Notes: generated by a model from the sequence alone, not told the origin. A DNA stretch of 37,856 bases, filler included, from 12 parts of 12 records of this genome joined end to end with filler, not necessarily neighbours in it; one strand, 5' to 3'; counted from the whole stretch's first letter, positions 22,733-35,516 are shown. A program made the numbers and translations.

Positions 22733-24496
22733 ATGTCTGCATCAAATTATGCATCAACGGATGCATACAAGTCAGCTGATGCTCTCGGTGGATTTGAAGG
22801 TCGCGAGCGGCATCTGACGGACCTTCCTGCTGTCCGCGAAGATGGCGAAGAAGATAATACTGTCTACACTGAACCAACTCCCGCCGAAGAGGAGCAGCTC
22901 AGAAGCAAAACGAGTGCGAAGAAACAAAAAGTGAACACATTCTTGGATCATTTTAAGCGATTCCAGCAGGTATGACACCGTGTGAATGCACATGATGATG
23001 CAACATCAACTTCGTGAAAGGCCTTGAACAAGTGAAATTCTGAAAAATCTTTCGTATTCAGGTTGATCTGTGCTTTTTAGTGGACTGCACGGGATCGATG
23101 GGTCCTTGGATCGATCATATCAAGAGCGAAGTGATCTCACTGGTTGCCAAGCTTAACGAGAAATTTCCTCATCTTGATCTCGCTCTTTCATTTGTTGCAT
23201 ATCGTGATTATAATGATGACGATCTTCGTTTCCAGGTTTGCACCTTCATAAAGTAAGCTGATGGTTGCGACTCAACCCCTGCACTCGATTCAACTTCAAT
23301 CTCATTTCCCGCTCTTTTTTAGGGACGTGGAGGCGTTCCGCTCCTTTGTTTCGACTCTTATCGCCACTGGAGGAGGCGATGCTCCTGAGGACATTGTTGG
23401 AGGACTCAAAAAGGCAACCGATCTTCCTTGGAGATCCATCGCTACCAAAGTAAGTGAAGGCATATACATCCTAGAGCCCTACTTATTCCGACTGTTCTAG
23501 ATCATGTTCCATCTTGCAGATGCTCCATGCCACGGGCTACAATATCACGATTATGGAACAGAAGGTGATACTTGTCCTGCTGGTGATCCCACCTTAAAGC
23601 CTGAGGATCTGCTTAGTGAGCTCTCTGCCAAGGATATCTACTACTTCTTTGGCAAGATTAACAACTCGACAGACAAGATGATTGACATCTTCAACAAGCA
23701 TCTTCTTCAAATCTCCGCTGGCTGGAAAGAAATCAGGAACATGACCGTGTCAGACGCTGCCAAACTGATGCAAGAGGTTGAGAAGTCCGTCTCCTTCAGT
23801 ATCTCAGCAGCCTCAGCAGCTGCAACAGATCCGATCTCGAAAAATCGGACAGCGGTCAAGGTTATAAAGCTGGAAGACTGGTCTGGGATCCCTATCATTC
23901 CGGTGAGTCATGGGTTGTTGTCAAATACACTCGAATATGATCATCTTTCTTTGTACCTCTCTATACGTCGATAGACACCACCCCAACATAGATACGGCCC
24001 TTGTGCGAATAATTGCTGTGGACTCTCAATTGAATATTCTCTTTTTCTTTCTCCGTCACCCCATTTCCATCTCACCTGTAGTGCACGGAAGTGGATTATG
24101 CAATGCCGCCACTCAAAGATATTCTTCTCCGACTGGGCTCGAAAGCGCGCGACACCCCTGTGGAAGTGAAAATCCAGCCAAACCCATTCGACAGTGGCAC
24201 AGACCGCTTGGTCTATCATGCTATGGAGGTGTCTCGCAATGGTGAACAGACTGGCAAGAGCATTGTGATCAAGGTGTTCAAGGATGCCGACGAATGCAAG
24301 AACTCGCAAAGGAACTATGAAGAATGTCTGGAAATTTCATCCGTCCTTGCGACCTTCATTCATGATTACAACAAGCTCTTCCATTCGCATGGTCAATGCA
24401 TTCTTCGTGCGTTGCGGCCCAAGATGCTCGAGATCTCCGACGCATCGATCCTTCCCACTCCGGTGAAATACCTTTGCGTTGAAGACTTTCTTCATG
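22733..24496 (+). CDS. vwkA: vWA-domain + alpha-kinase (Dictyostelium VwkA-like), 3'-truncated; exons 22733-22969, 23062-23252, 23323-23449, 23501-23902, 24082-24496
   Basis: vWA motifs VDLCFLVDCTGSM, FVAYRDY, ATGGGDAPEDIVGGL and HLADAPCHG are followed by an alpha-kinase N-lobe (VKIQPNPFDSGTDRLVY, IVIKVFK, HDYNK, LCVEDFLHG). Confidence 0.85.
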
Positions 24497-24667
24497 GTAC
24501 GATCACAGGTGATAGCGTGTAACATCACCGGACTTGACTTTGTTTCACATTTCACTCACCCCTGTTGCTTCAACTCTCATTGCACCTCCTATTAACCTTG
24601 GAACCTAAACCCTGTTGACTTTCCGCCCCCCTTCGCTATTAGAGTGCTTCCTCGAATTCTGGCTTTA

Positions 24668-24767
24668 NNNNNNNNNNNNNNNNNNNNNNNNNNNNNNNNN
24701 NNNNNNNNNNNTTAATTAATTAANNNNNNNNNNNNNNNNNNNNNNNNNNNNNNNNNNNNNNNNNNNN
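24668..24767. other. Artificial contig-joining spacer
   Basis: N44-TTAATTAATTAA-N44. Confidence 0.99.
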
Positions 24768-24944
24768 TGAAGAGCTTGATCGTCTTCTTGCCCAGATTAC
24801 TTCTGTTACTTCTCGATCGAAGTACGAAAGTACATCACTACATCTTCTCAAAGGCAGAATTTTGGATTCATATCTGCATAAAATCATATATTATAATACT
24901 ACAGTCAAATGTTCGGCAGAGAGTATCAAAAAACAGATAGGTCT

Positions 24945-27900
24945 CTAATTATCCTCCAAAGAAAATACTTTCACGATTCCCATATCATCGGCGGTGGCCA
25001 CCATGGAGCCGCAGCGAGACACAGCTACATTGGACACGCTCACACCTGACCCAGACCCAACATTTCGCCACACAAACGCTGGCTGAGCGAGTGATCTGAC
25101 ACTCTTCGAGCCATCCTTCGCCGCGATCCCACTTTCCGTTTCATTTTCATCTCGAAGATCAGAGATGGAGGATCCGCTATGACTCCAGGTATTGACACGA
25201 CTGGTTGCTCTCGTATTTGAATTTGAATTATATTCATCTGTCGAGAGCTCTCCGTTCTCCTCATCATTTCGGCGAATGGATGATGATGACGAGTAAGGGT
25301 CAGACCGAGAGCGAGTGACAAATGATGATGATTTCCCCTCGTGTGCCGGGATTCTGGGAGGATTGATGTGGTTGCGAGAGGTCGAACTGTGAGGTTGGGG
25401 GTACGCGTGGGGCGATGAGGCCATGACGAGACGGCGGCGTCGCGAACGCTGCCACGATGCACGCGCCGTGAGATGAGATAGGTCCCAGAAATACAGCGAG
25501 CCATCCTCACCTACACAGAGCAACAACAAGTGTTGGTCAGCAGGGCTGCGATAGTCTGGAAAGTGTCAATTCGCATTGGGAGAAACGCGTACCGCATTCT
25601 AACTGCGGTACGAAAACACCGTGTTTTTTTCCCCAAGAAAGTGCACGGGTATATTGCGAGAATATGATAGAACAGAAATTGACCAAATCTAGCTTAAGAT
25701 TCCCAACATACTAATCTCATGTCCCTGTATTCCTAGCGTCTGGGTTTGAAAATTCATAAAAGAAATCTCATATGCACCAATGCCAAAACTTGAGCACGTT
25801 TTTTTTTATTATTATTATTTTATTTTTATTTTTATTATTATTATTTATGGAGAACGAGATTAACAGAACTCGTGCACATACCGCCGATGGTCAGAAGGGT
25901 ATCATTAAGGACAACACAGGGCTGAGATGAAGTCTGCACCGGACTCACAATACTGAACACACCTCGTGTGCCTGTGCCTGTGCCTGCTGTGTGGGCCCAG
26001 ACGTGATGCGTCGTCCCTCGCTCGCTTGTCAAGACTGGAGAAAAATCAAAGAAAAACACGAAAATGCAATACGAATTGAGATTAACACCAGAACATGAGA
26101 TCAACAGCAAGGAGGTCGTGGTCATGGTGATGATAGGGGAGGAACAACGGGATGATGGCTAAAACGAATGAATGCGGATAGAAATGGACCAGAGGGAAGA
26201 GAGTAAAAAATAAATGATTCTATCTGCGAGGCCGACTGCAACTCAAAACAATGGTAACAGAGAATCGATAGGTCTCAGATCGATTCCGCATATCTCTTAG
26301 ATAACCGCTTCGCCCTCGATCCAGACGAGGTTTTGCCATTTCCCCACGTTTTCTATTCATGTAGTGCAATATCATTTGCTCATTTCGTACTATCAAGCGG
26401 TAGCAGTCCATCTGATATTCTCACTGACATTCTCGGCCTGCATTTTTTATGAGTGAGAGTTCTATTTGATGAGAATAAATAAAGTTTGCAATCAATCCAA
26501 GCTCCTGTATTTCCATATGACACGTACCATAAGCGGCCGAATGCAGAGGAATAGCCCATTCAACCTGTATATATCCAAAAATCATGAGAGGGAGAGAGAA
26601 AAGATAAGATCAGACAGTTAATGCCGAACATCCGTTTGGGCAGGAGAAAAGAACACACTGACATCCTGTCCTTTAAGCGAAGACACCAGATACTGCATAC
26701 GAAGTGTAAATATCTTCTGTGACCCATTTCGTACCTTACTATGTGGACTATTCTCCAGGAACAAGGTTTCGAACTTGCCAGATTCCACATTGTACCACCG
26801 CTCAGAGGCTTTCGAAGCAGTGGAACCGCACGACCCTCCACCTGTTGCATCCTCAGTTCGATACTCCAGCAGTCGCTCTGGGTCTCCACTTATCAACTGA
26901 TCATAAATATCATCATCCTCTAAACTCTTCGAGCGATTCGTCTTCATGTGACGATTAATACTCCTATTGCTCCTTCTAGAATGCTCAACCTCCATATCAG
27001 TATCCATTTTCATATCCATATTCAAGACTGTATCGATCGTGTAATCCATTTGGCAATCTGCGGAGAAGATATCCCCGTCGCTTGATTTGGACCTGTATGA
27101 GTTGGTATTCGTTCGATGGCGTTTTCTGCGACAAAGCATCCCACAAGACCGGTCAGAGGAAGCGAACGGGTCTCGCACCATATGAGAAGATGACCCGACT
27201 TTTGAGTTCGAGTAACAGTTCGAATGCAAGTGAGGAGAGCATGCACAAGGGGATATAAATGCACGCATCGGTGAGCGAGTTCGTGTCTGAATGCTTGTAT
27301 GTGTGCATGCATGTGAGCTGGGTTGAGGCGGGGTGGCAATGACTCGGCGCGGAGACAGAGGTAAGTTCGGACGAGAATGATGATGGCAATGACAATCATA
27401 AGGATCTTGTTGGAGCGGAGATGCTGGATCGGTAGCTGTACTTTTCTGCCATGTGGTGTGCACATCATCAACCATATCGAGCGCATCGCCTCGGGCACCA
27501 GGCCTACTATTACGATGGAAAGAACGAGTACGTTAGTCTCACGAGGAGAGGAAAAATGGTTCAAAAAGAAGGAAATTAGACGAAATAAGGAAAAAAGAGG
27601 GAGGATGTAGCATATGAACCAAGGGAGTGGGTGATGGCTTTGTGAGTCCATTCTGTCCAATTGTGAAGACAAATAACAATAAAAACATCTGCGAAAAGTT
27701 TTGTATAGGTGTTTCACACTGTCCCGTTACTAAGGAGATATACAGTTCAATGTAAAACAAAAATGATGGGGATATATTAGTCGTTGTATGAACGGAATGA
27801 CACAGCAAGAAAAAATATTGAGATATAACTTTCGAAGCGAAAAATATATCGGAAAGCCACAAATACCATCCAGAAAACATTCTTCGATCTCACGATAATA

Positions 27901-29985
27901 TATAAATAAAATCAGTCATGTAGGATAAGGAATACCTTGCATGAATACTACTGAACTCTGATGCACGTCTGCTGACACGAGATAGGTGTTGGCTAGATGA
28001 AGATTGGATGACCTGCATCGCGCTATTCGGGTACCTCATATCCCAAAGACTCGCGCTATCAGGTCCACCTGTATGACATAAAATAAATAAAATAAGCTCT
28101 CTATTACCAGAATCAGTGTATAATCTATTGCTAAACAATCCCAACAACTAAGGAAGAGCAGAAAGTTCGAGAATGGGGGTCATGGATGAATAAATAAGTC
28201 GTACAAGAGCGGAAAAGAGTCTGAAAAGAGAACAGATAGTGTGAAGAATAGAGTGGAAAAATGACCCAATCATGAGGCCAGGAGCCTAGCGTCAAATAAA
28301 AACCCCCATAGATATAGTAAGAATACATAAGGGAAAATGGTAGAATTTCTCACGTCAATTGTACTGCTCTTGGCCCCGAAAAGGAACTTTCTTGAAGAAC
28401 CTCCTTTCTCGGAGATGGATTATCAGTTGTTGCATTTCTAAAAACGGTCTTGGTTCAAAGTTTGAATGCTGTTGTTCATTCTAATATCCAGAGCAGCCAT
28501 CTGCAGCTGTGGAGTGGAGACAGATCGATCCGATCATGCTGTTGTGGACCAAAATGTAATCTTCCATGGATGATGTCCCAGGAGTAACAGTGTGAGGTGG
28601 GGAGATGGTTATTTCTTGAAATTATAGGCGAAATGAAACATTTGAGACTCTAGAGGAATGAACCTTTTGACCATCTGAAGAGGACGCTTGAAACGAGAGA
28701 ACCAATCAAAAAAGCTATTCTCCCTCATTTTCAGGGAGAAGTCTTTCCTGATACTCCAAACGATTCAGTCAGCAACCATCTGACCACCGATACATGAACA
28801 ACGGCCTGAATCATTGAAAAACCGAACATTTGACTCAGCACTCGGGCTCACTTTTGATGTCTGAATCACCGCGCTGATTGCCGAATTCCGAGAATCTGAG
28901 CTGGTTACTCATTCAGAGTCTCTTGAAATAGATACTTCAGACGGACTACAACTTCGAAAAAGGTTTAACTCGTTCTCGACTTCACATGAATCTCAACGAG
29001 CGTCCCATGATGTGTCTGACGCGAAAAAATATTCATCATTCCGAGGAACGTACCTAGAAGAGCGAGACGTGGTTCTGTGGGGTACATGAACTTCACCGAA
29101 TTGGAGATGGATTCTAGTTTAGTAGTTACGGCAACGCCACTTTCCCGTACATCCCATAACCTGCACACACAAAGAGGAAAAGACGATGAGAGCGCTCATG
29201 TATGCCCCCAATCCAGTGAATGGATACAACAGATGATACTAAACGAGATGATTTCTGAGAGCAATAACGGGAGATGAAATGCTCTTTCTCAAAATGAACA
29301 AAATGCAAAATACCGGAAAGTGCGATCGACACCCACGCTCAAGAAGTAGGTTCCAGTCTGATCAGCATCAACATCAGAGATAAAAGATGTATGTCCACTG
29401 TATGTGCAAATCGGTTCCAAATTTGCACTCATCTAGGACAGCGGAACAAATCAGTGCGGGAATAGAATGAGGCCAATCAATATTTGCATTGTTACCTGGG
29501 AAAGATTCCATGTTCGGAGAAAACCATCATCTCCACAGGTAATACAATAATGGTTGTCGAAAACCGCAATGGAGTTCACAGCTATGAGAAAAACACATAA
29601 GCGTCATTGTGAGGATAAATGAAGAAAGAGAGACTTCACCTGATTTATGGCCATGAATAATAACTGGCTTTTCTTTTCGTTTTGATATATTTTTCTTCAG
29701 CTTTCGTGGGAAAAAGCCGCTGAAGGCTCCTCCAACATCAGCAAGAAGGATTATGGACTGAGGTGCTGTTTCATCATGGGCTGTCAGTTCAGCTGAAATG
29801 ATTCGGAAATAACGCATATTTACAAACAGACCATCCTCATTGCAGAAGCGAAGCGTCGTGATCGGAAGCCCAGAACTGATCTTCGAGTCAACTCGATTCG
29901 GATGATCTGCAAGCTTGTGCTGAATAATGGAGCGATCTTGTATCCACCAGGGCTGGTCTCGGTTAAATAAGTGCGTAGAATTCAT
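24945..29985 (-). CDS. WD40-repeat protein with long disordered insertions; exons ~29985-29640, 29581-29496, 29432-29314, 29160-29054, 28068-27936, 27503-26735, 26564-26528, 26034-25882, 25510-24945; start uncertain
   Basis: Phase-consistent splicing yields the WD repeats GHKSAVNSIAVFDNHYCITCGDDGFLRTWNL, GHTSFISDVDADQTGTYFLSVGVDRTFRLWDV, LGGPDSASLWDMR, LLTIGGEDGSLYFWDL and MVATADDMGIVKVFSL. Confidence 0.8.
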
Positions 29986-31042
29986 ACAAATCTTTACCAC
30001 ACGCGATGATAGTATAATTTCTGCGTCTGTGCATGTGGCTGTGGCTGGAAATGTCGGAAGTGATGAACGATCTCTTGTATTCGTTGCTTACTTTTATTTC
30101 CCCGCTTTTATCTCTCTTTCTTGTATGGCCATACCAGGACAAGGCACCAGATGTTGTTTGACAGGGAGAATGTTTTGGCGGGAGATGAACAAAGAACATG
30201 TCACATCACAAGTCCACAAGTCCGGCGCCGCCGCCGGAGGAGAAGGAATGTCATTGGAATTTGATTGGAAAACTCAGTTGGACAACATGTGTTGACTGTA
30301 TAGACTGGATGTTGTCCTTTGTTACTCATGTCTCTTTTTGCTGCTATCAGATAGGCGATGATGGTTCATGCTCATCCTCTGTGGCTTCGACGCACCTGAT
30401 CATTGACTCGATACTGGTATGAATCGCTATGCTGGAGTGATTTTCTCAATATCTTTATTACCCTCGTCGAAAAAGGAGCATTTTGAGTGGATTACTTTTC
30501 ATTTTCTCCTGGGCTTCGTTTTAACAATCGGATCGGGCTCGCGTTCAGCGGCCAATGCTTGGTATTTGGAAGAAGTTACCTTCTCAAGTCTTCATGAAGT
30601 ATGTCTATATCCTAATCCGATAAATCGGTTTCGACTCTGGACTAACCAGGTCACTGACTGTATAGACTGTATATTGACATTATAGGTAGGCATCGTCGTG
30701 TAGTTTAGACGAGAGGTATTATTGCATAAATCCGCCTTTCTTTTTATTCCGACTTGGTTGTCTGATCTAGCGGAATGGGTGACCCATGATGCATCATGAA
30801 TGCAGGCACCGCCATAATGAACATTTGAGCATCCATTGGAGTATTCAGACCAGATCGCTCACACATAATTTTGTTAGGATCATTTTCAGATTCCACAGAG
30901 ATGTTTTGTATAAAGAATAGCCATGGTATTCATATCCATTTTAGAGTAGGTTCACAAATTTGGCAAGAATAATGAAGTAACTTTCCTACCTACATCCTTT
31001 CGTTTTGGGACAATTCTTGAGGTATAATGAGAATTCGTCATC

Positions 31043-31142
31043 NNNNNNNNNNNNNNNNNNNNNNNNNNNNNNNNNNNNNNNNNNNNTTAATTAATTAANN
31101 NNNNNNNNNNNNNNNNNNNNNNNNNNNNNNNNNNNNNNNNNN
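31043..31142. other. Artificial contig-joining spacer
   Basis: N44-TTAATTAATTAA-N44. Confidence 0.99.
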
Positions 31143-31143
31143 T

Positions 31144-31341
31144 CTCAGACCGATCATGCAAGCATCGTTCCAGACAGTTGGCCTCGGCTCCTTCCCGAAG
31201 GTGTCCCCTGGTGAGATCAAGGCCATCAAGGACATTCTGGACCAAGAGGTACCCACCCTGCGCCGAATGGTCGCGCCCCTTCAAACCCGCAAGCGAAATT
31301 CAGCCGAACCGTCAGCCGGTTCTTCAACCAACATTCAGTAA
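31144..31341 (+). CDS. 3' end of a gene, probably an EHD/sarcalumenin-like dynamin-related ATPase (helical-domain end)
   Basis: MQASFQTVGLGSFPKVSPGEIKAIKDILDQEVPTLRRMV resembles the EHD helical segment as I recall it (MQExLxxxDFSKFxxLKxKLLxxVDxMLxxDIxRLMxMV). The fragment is short. Confidence 0.5.
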   Translation, partial: LRPIMQASFQTVGLGSFPKVSPGEIKAIKDILDQEVPTLRRMVAPLQTRKRNSAEPSAGSSTNIQ

Positions 31342-31344
31342 TAT

Positions 31345-31550
31345 CAAGAGGCACTAACAATAGGAATATTGAGGCCTCGGCACCTTCTCATGGCGCTAAG
31401 TCATCACATACATTTCGTGCCAAGACTTATTTCATCTTTTTTTATTTTTATTTTTATTTTTTATAAGTCTTAGCAAAGATATATGTGCGATGGCTTAGTG
31501 TATGTATGAGAAGGTATGCAGAGCCTTAATATTCCTATTTTTGACTCTTG
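31345..31550. repeat. Long imperfect inverted repeat (~85-nt arms) around a T-rich loop
   Basis: Arms 31345-31430 and 31463-31550 pair in register: CAAGAG/CTCTTG, AATAGGAATATT/AATATTCCTATT, ACCTTCTCAT/ATGAGAAGGT, CTAAG/CTTAG, AAGACTTAT/ATAAGTCTT. Confidence 0.85.
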
Positions 31551-33106
31551 TCTGAATTATTGGACACAAATCACATCACAACAGAACTTGATAAGCGATT
31601 TACCATCCTTCGGTTTGACGATATCGAACTGGTGCATGAATGTTTTTGGGGCCCTCAGAGTCAGAGGGGGGAGTGACCTTTCTGAGGGGCACTACTATTG
31701 GTCCAGCTTGCGACCATTCAAAGGGAATTTCCATAGAATCAGTCACGCAGGAACAGGGGGGGGTCCAAAACGAGTGGGGTTTTTTCGGGACGGGGAATCT
31801 TTCCGAGGGACCGAGGGGTCATATGATAACACACCCCACACCCCATACTACTACTCCATACCAGACCAGACCATAGCATATCACATACACCACACCCCAT
31901 TGTTTTGCGAGGCCAATCTGGGTCAATCTACTCTCAGAGGGGACCCACACCCCCTCATACCACCATCATACACCCTACTGACTTGCACACCCCACTCCCC
32001 ATGCAGGGGATGCGTCACGCGAGGATCAAGCTGGATCACGCGATCCTTCGAATCTCAAGTGAACTTCCGCCGAACAACCAATCATACCGCTTCCACCTGA
32101 GTGTCACAAAAGTTATAAGTTAGCTGTCCGTTCTCGCATTGTCTCTCGGTTTGAGTAGTCTGAACGGTTGCATCCCCTTGAACGCTGTTATCTCACATGA
32201 GCCCATCTAGGACGCTCTTTGAGTTTCGTATCCGTGGGAATCGTAACCTCTAAGATACCATCAGGCTTCTTACAGACGCGATGCTTGAAATTTATTCTCG
32301 CTCCTCTCGGCCCGAATCTCGGGGGAGTGTCCTACACATCTATATGATCGTTTTATAATATTACAGATGCTCACACTCGATTCTGATTTGTCACTTGCTG
32401 TCAGATTTTTGTTCAATTTTTTCACCCCCCCGTTTCTCTCCGATGTGAACTGTGTTGCAAAAACTTTTGGGACGAACTGTACGCCAACCGACAATTATTC
32501 CTGGAGAATGCGAGAATAAAGTGAACAAATTTATTCCTCCTTCCCCGCGAAAAGTGGTGTTCAAGGAGTAGTTGATTTCTTGCGTTCTTAATAATCACAA
32601 ATAATCAATGCTGAACACGTTGAGAGCTCAGTTCCGTGATCTAGACAAGCTGATGATTCTATGGGAGGGAATGGATTTCGGGAAATCGAAAGGAAAGGGT
32701 TTGAGTCTCTCACATCGCTCCCATCGCTCTCTCTCTCCTCGATTCTTGATGGATACTGCTGGATGAATTTGACATCTCGCATATGTGCGAATGTTCCTGC
32801 AAGAATTTGATTGAGGATACACTAAGGGACGGTAGTCGTGGTAGTCGGGTACTGTAGGGTAGGGTGGGCACAATCCGACGACTTTAACCCCGAAGGTGGC
32901 TTCATCAATAGCATTTTTTATAATAAATCGAATGAGATGTTTATTAGTAGATACTATAAATCTGAACTTATAAGAGCGATTTCGGGAGTATTAAGAATTT
33001 ATTGTAGTATATTCTTCGCTACGCGAGAGCAGAAGACTGAGACGATATCAAAAGAAACGAAGTGGAATAAGTATCAAATCAATATGTTGTGGTGCCGAAA
33101 CATTTT

Positions 33107-34097
33107 TTAAAACTGAATGAAATGAGCTGCCCTGGTGGCTGGTGCTGGGCATTGAATATTCGCATCCAAGTACATTTTTTGTTCTTCCATCCTGCTGAGA
33201 TCGGAACAAAAATGCTCGATATCGTTCACAAAAGTCAAGAATTCTCGCGTGGAGACGTATAATCTCCAGTTGAGACGCTGCAAGTAGACCTTTTCAAACT
33301 GACAGATCTGATCAGGAGTCCAAAAGTTTCTGGTGAGAGTGGCCCATTGCTGGAAAGAAATAGGTCTATCGGAAAGATACTTGTGCACCAGCACAAGTGC
33401 AGTCAAGAACACCCGATGACGATTGAAAAGGGTGACCTGCCCCGCAAGCCGGTGGCAAATAAGAGGAACACGAGGTCGGTGGACTGGATTACTCATGGTA
33501 TCTGTCTCCATAGGAGGAGGTGGAGTAACAGGAGAGGTGGGAGTGGGGGGAATCATGTCGTGGTCATTATTGGAGTTGAATGAGCTTGATGCATCGTCAT
33601 GATAGTCATGATTAGAGTAGTAAGAATTATGTCCCAGCGAGTGCGAGTGTTGTTGGGAGTAGGGCTCGTTGTGCTCTTCCAGGAAGACGCGATTGACAAT
33701 CAAACAGCAGTACACCAGCTCGATCGGCGTAAAAACATCCGAAAGGGACATGATCCAGTCCATCATGGGGACGAAAAAAGGGTCATCCTGCAGGCCTAGT
33801 CGCGCGAGCTGAGTCTCGGTCAGGCGCTGGTCCCAGTCCGTGACGGCGTCAATCCATAAAGCAAGCTGGAAATAATAAAGAGGCCACAAAAGAAGAATGA
33901 AAACGAGTGAGTTTGTCGTTCAGACCGGGGTGAGTTCAGGGGCGATGATGATGATGGCAGGTAAAAGTCATGATTGCGACTCAGGCGAGTTGAGCCTTGA
34001 TTAACTCGATGTATTAGAGAGATTTATTACGTACTTTGTATGCGCAAACGCTTTTCTCAGAAAGTAAAGGAATATCTTCAACAAAAGTGTCTCGCAT
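33107..34097 (-). CDS. PHO80/Pcl-like (cyclin P/U-type) cyclin; exons 34097-34035, 33865-33107
   Basis: Cyclin-box motifs LVYCCLIVNRV, NRHRVFLTALVLVHKYLSD, QQWA and ICQFEKVYLQRLNWRLYVS. A short first exon MRDTFVEDIPLLSEKSVCAYK|GTACGT splices in phase 0 to CCAG|LALW. Confidence 0.85.
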
Positions 34098-34512
34098 TTT
34101 GTCGTGAGACTCCGTCGAAAAAAACGGTGGTAGTATTGTCGCGACAGTGTCACCAAGGAAATATGATCACCACAGCAGCAAGGGAGGCAATCAACAGCTA
34201 TATTATAGAGTGCTTTTTGATTGGTTTCTTCGTTTCTTCCGTTTCTTATGCGACCCTCAAAACAACAGAAACAAGGACCGAAGTCGAGCAAACAAATTAA
34301 TGCACTGAGTTGAGGACGCAGTACGACAGTATACAGATACAGATGCTTGCTATTCGCCAAGCAGACGGAGCAATGTATTCGAAAGGCAGAAAGGAAAGGG
34401 TTCAAATAGTGTTCAAAGTCCACCAAACAAGCAGACTGTTGAAAAAATCGCTTTTGAGAAGGCTCTTCATGCACGAGACCCACTCACGATTGTTCGAGCT
34501 CAAACGGTAGAT

Positions 34513-34566
34513 TCTCACGGAATGCGTTATTTTTTGGGCTCTCACGGAATGCGTTATTTTTGGGGC
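34513..34566. repeat. 27-bp tandem duplication (2 copies)
   Basis: TCTCACGGAATGCGTTATTTTTTGGGC followed by TCTCACGGAATGCGTTATTTTTGGGGC. Confidence 0.9.
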
Positions 34567-35098
34567 TATTTGAGATTTTCGGAGATTTTCGAGGGACAAA
34601 TTCAAAAGTATCGAGCGATTCTGTTTGTCATAACCCATAATCATATCGCATCACTTCTTGTGGATACCCGCTGCTTCTGGGAGTGTTGTAGACCACAGCC
34701 GATCTGAAGACGACTCAAAAACTGCAAATTTTGCCTGATTGCTCGTCGTTCTCTTTAAAGCACACAGTGTCCCTAAAACTAGTCCGGACGCCCGTGAGGA
34801 TTTGTGAGGAAGTGAGGATCGGCGTTTAGGTTGGAATTGACCCGGGGTTTTGGTTTTTGGTTTTGTTTACCGGCTTTCAGACGTTTCTAGACCACGGTTT
34901 CTGGGAGAATTAATTTTTCTGTACAAAGAGATATAAGGAAACTTTACGATTTCCGGATTATCCTTGATTCTCGCTTTTTTGGAAGTTCCTGGAACGAATG
35001 TGGATTCTTCCACGGCTCAATTTCTCCAAACTTGTTCACGACAATAGACCACAACTTTACTTCTGCTATTTTACACCTCGTTAAACAAAAACAGAATA

Positions 35099-35122
35099 CC
35101 GTATTTCCTTGAAATAAACCCC
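35099..35122. mobile_element. Possible TIR of a related CCGTA-ended transposon at the contig end
   Basis: TA|CCGTATTTCCTTGAAATAAACCCC resembles the ends at 19727 and 21303. Only 24 nt are visible. Confidence 0.45.
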
Positions 35123-35222
35123 NNNNNNNNNNNNNNNNNNNNNNNNNNNNNNNNNNNNNNNNNNNNTTAATTAATTAANNNNNNNNNNNNNNNNNNNNNN
35201 NNNNNNNNNNNNNNNNNNNNNN
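35123..35222. other. Artificial contig-joining spacer
   Basis: N44-TTAATTAATTAA-N44. Confidence 0.99.
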
Positions 35223-35516
35223 TTGTGTTTTTTTTTTTTTTTTTTTGTGTGTAATTTTGTATTCTTGACAATTTCTTGTGTATTGCTCCGTGTATGAGCA
35301 TGAGATGTGAGTGGTTAGAATGTGTGTGTGTGTGGATATAGGAGCCTGGTATGCTATGGCCGAAGATGAATCAAAATGATGTTGATAGTAAAGCGAGAGA
35401 GTGACGCGGTGGTGCCTTGTGATTTGATGCTGGGTTGAAAAGGGAGATCATTCATGGGTAGTGATCCTCATTAGCAGCAATCCATTTCAGACTGAGGACT
35501 CTTCCTGTCTTGAGTC

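Noticed and set aside
30001..31042. Upstream extension of the WD40 ORF by reading TAA as Gln or TGA as Trp
   Set aside because: The minus-strand frames I translated contain mixed stop types and no recognisable motifs, so I treated this as non-coding.
31516..32100. 194-aa + strand ORF
   Set aside because: No motifs, it starts inside the inverted repeat, and its composition reflects G-runs and CA-rich DNA. Probably spurious.
34001..34510. 160-aa minus-strand ORF and overlapping plus-strand ORFs upstream of the cyclin
   Set aside because: No homology cues. The region is better explained as the cyclin 5' leader plus its short first exon (34097-34035) in another frame.
34843..34868. GGGGTTTTGGTTTTTGG as a telomeric repeat
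   Set aside because: The units are irregular, there are few of them, and they are internal to the contig.
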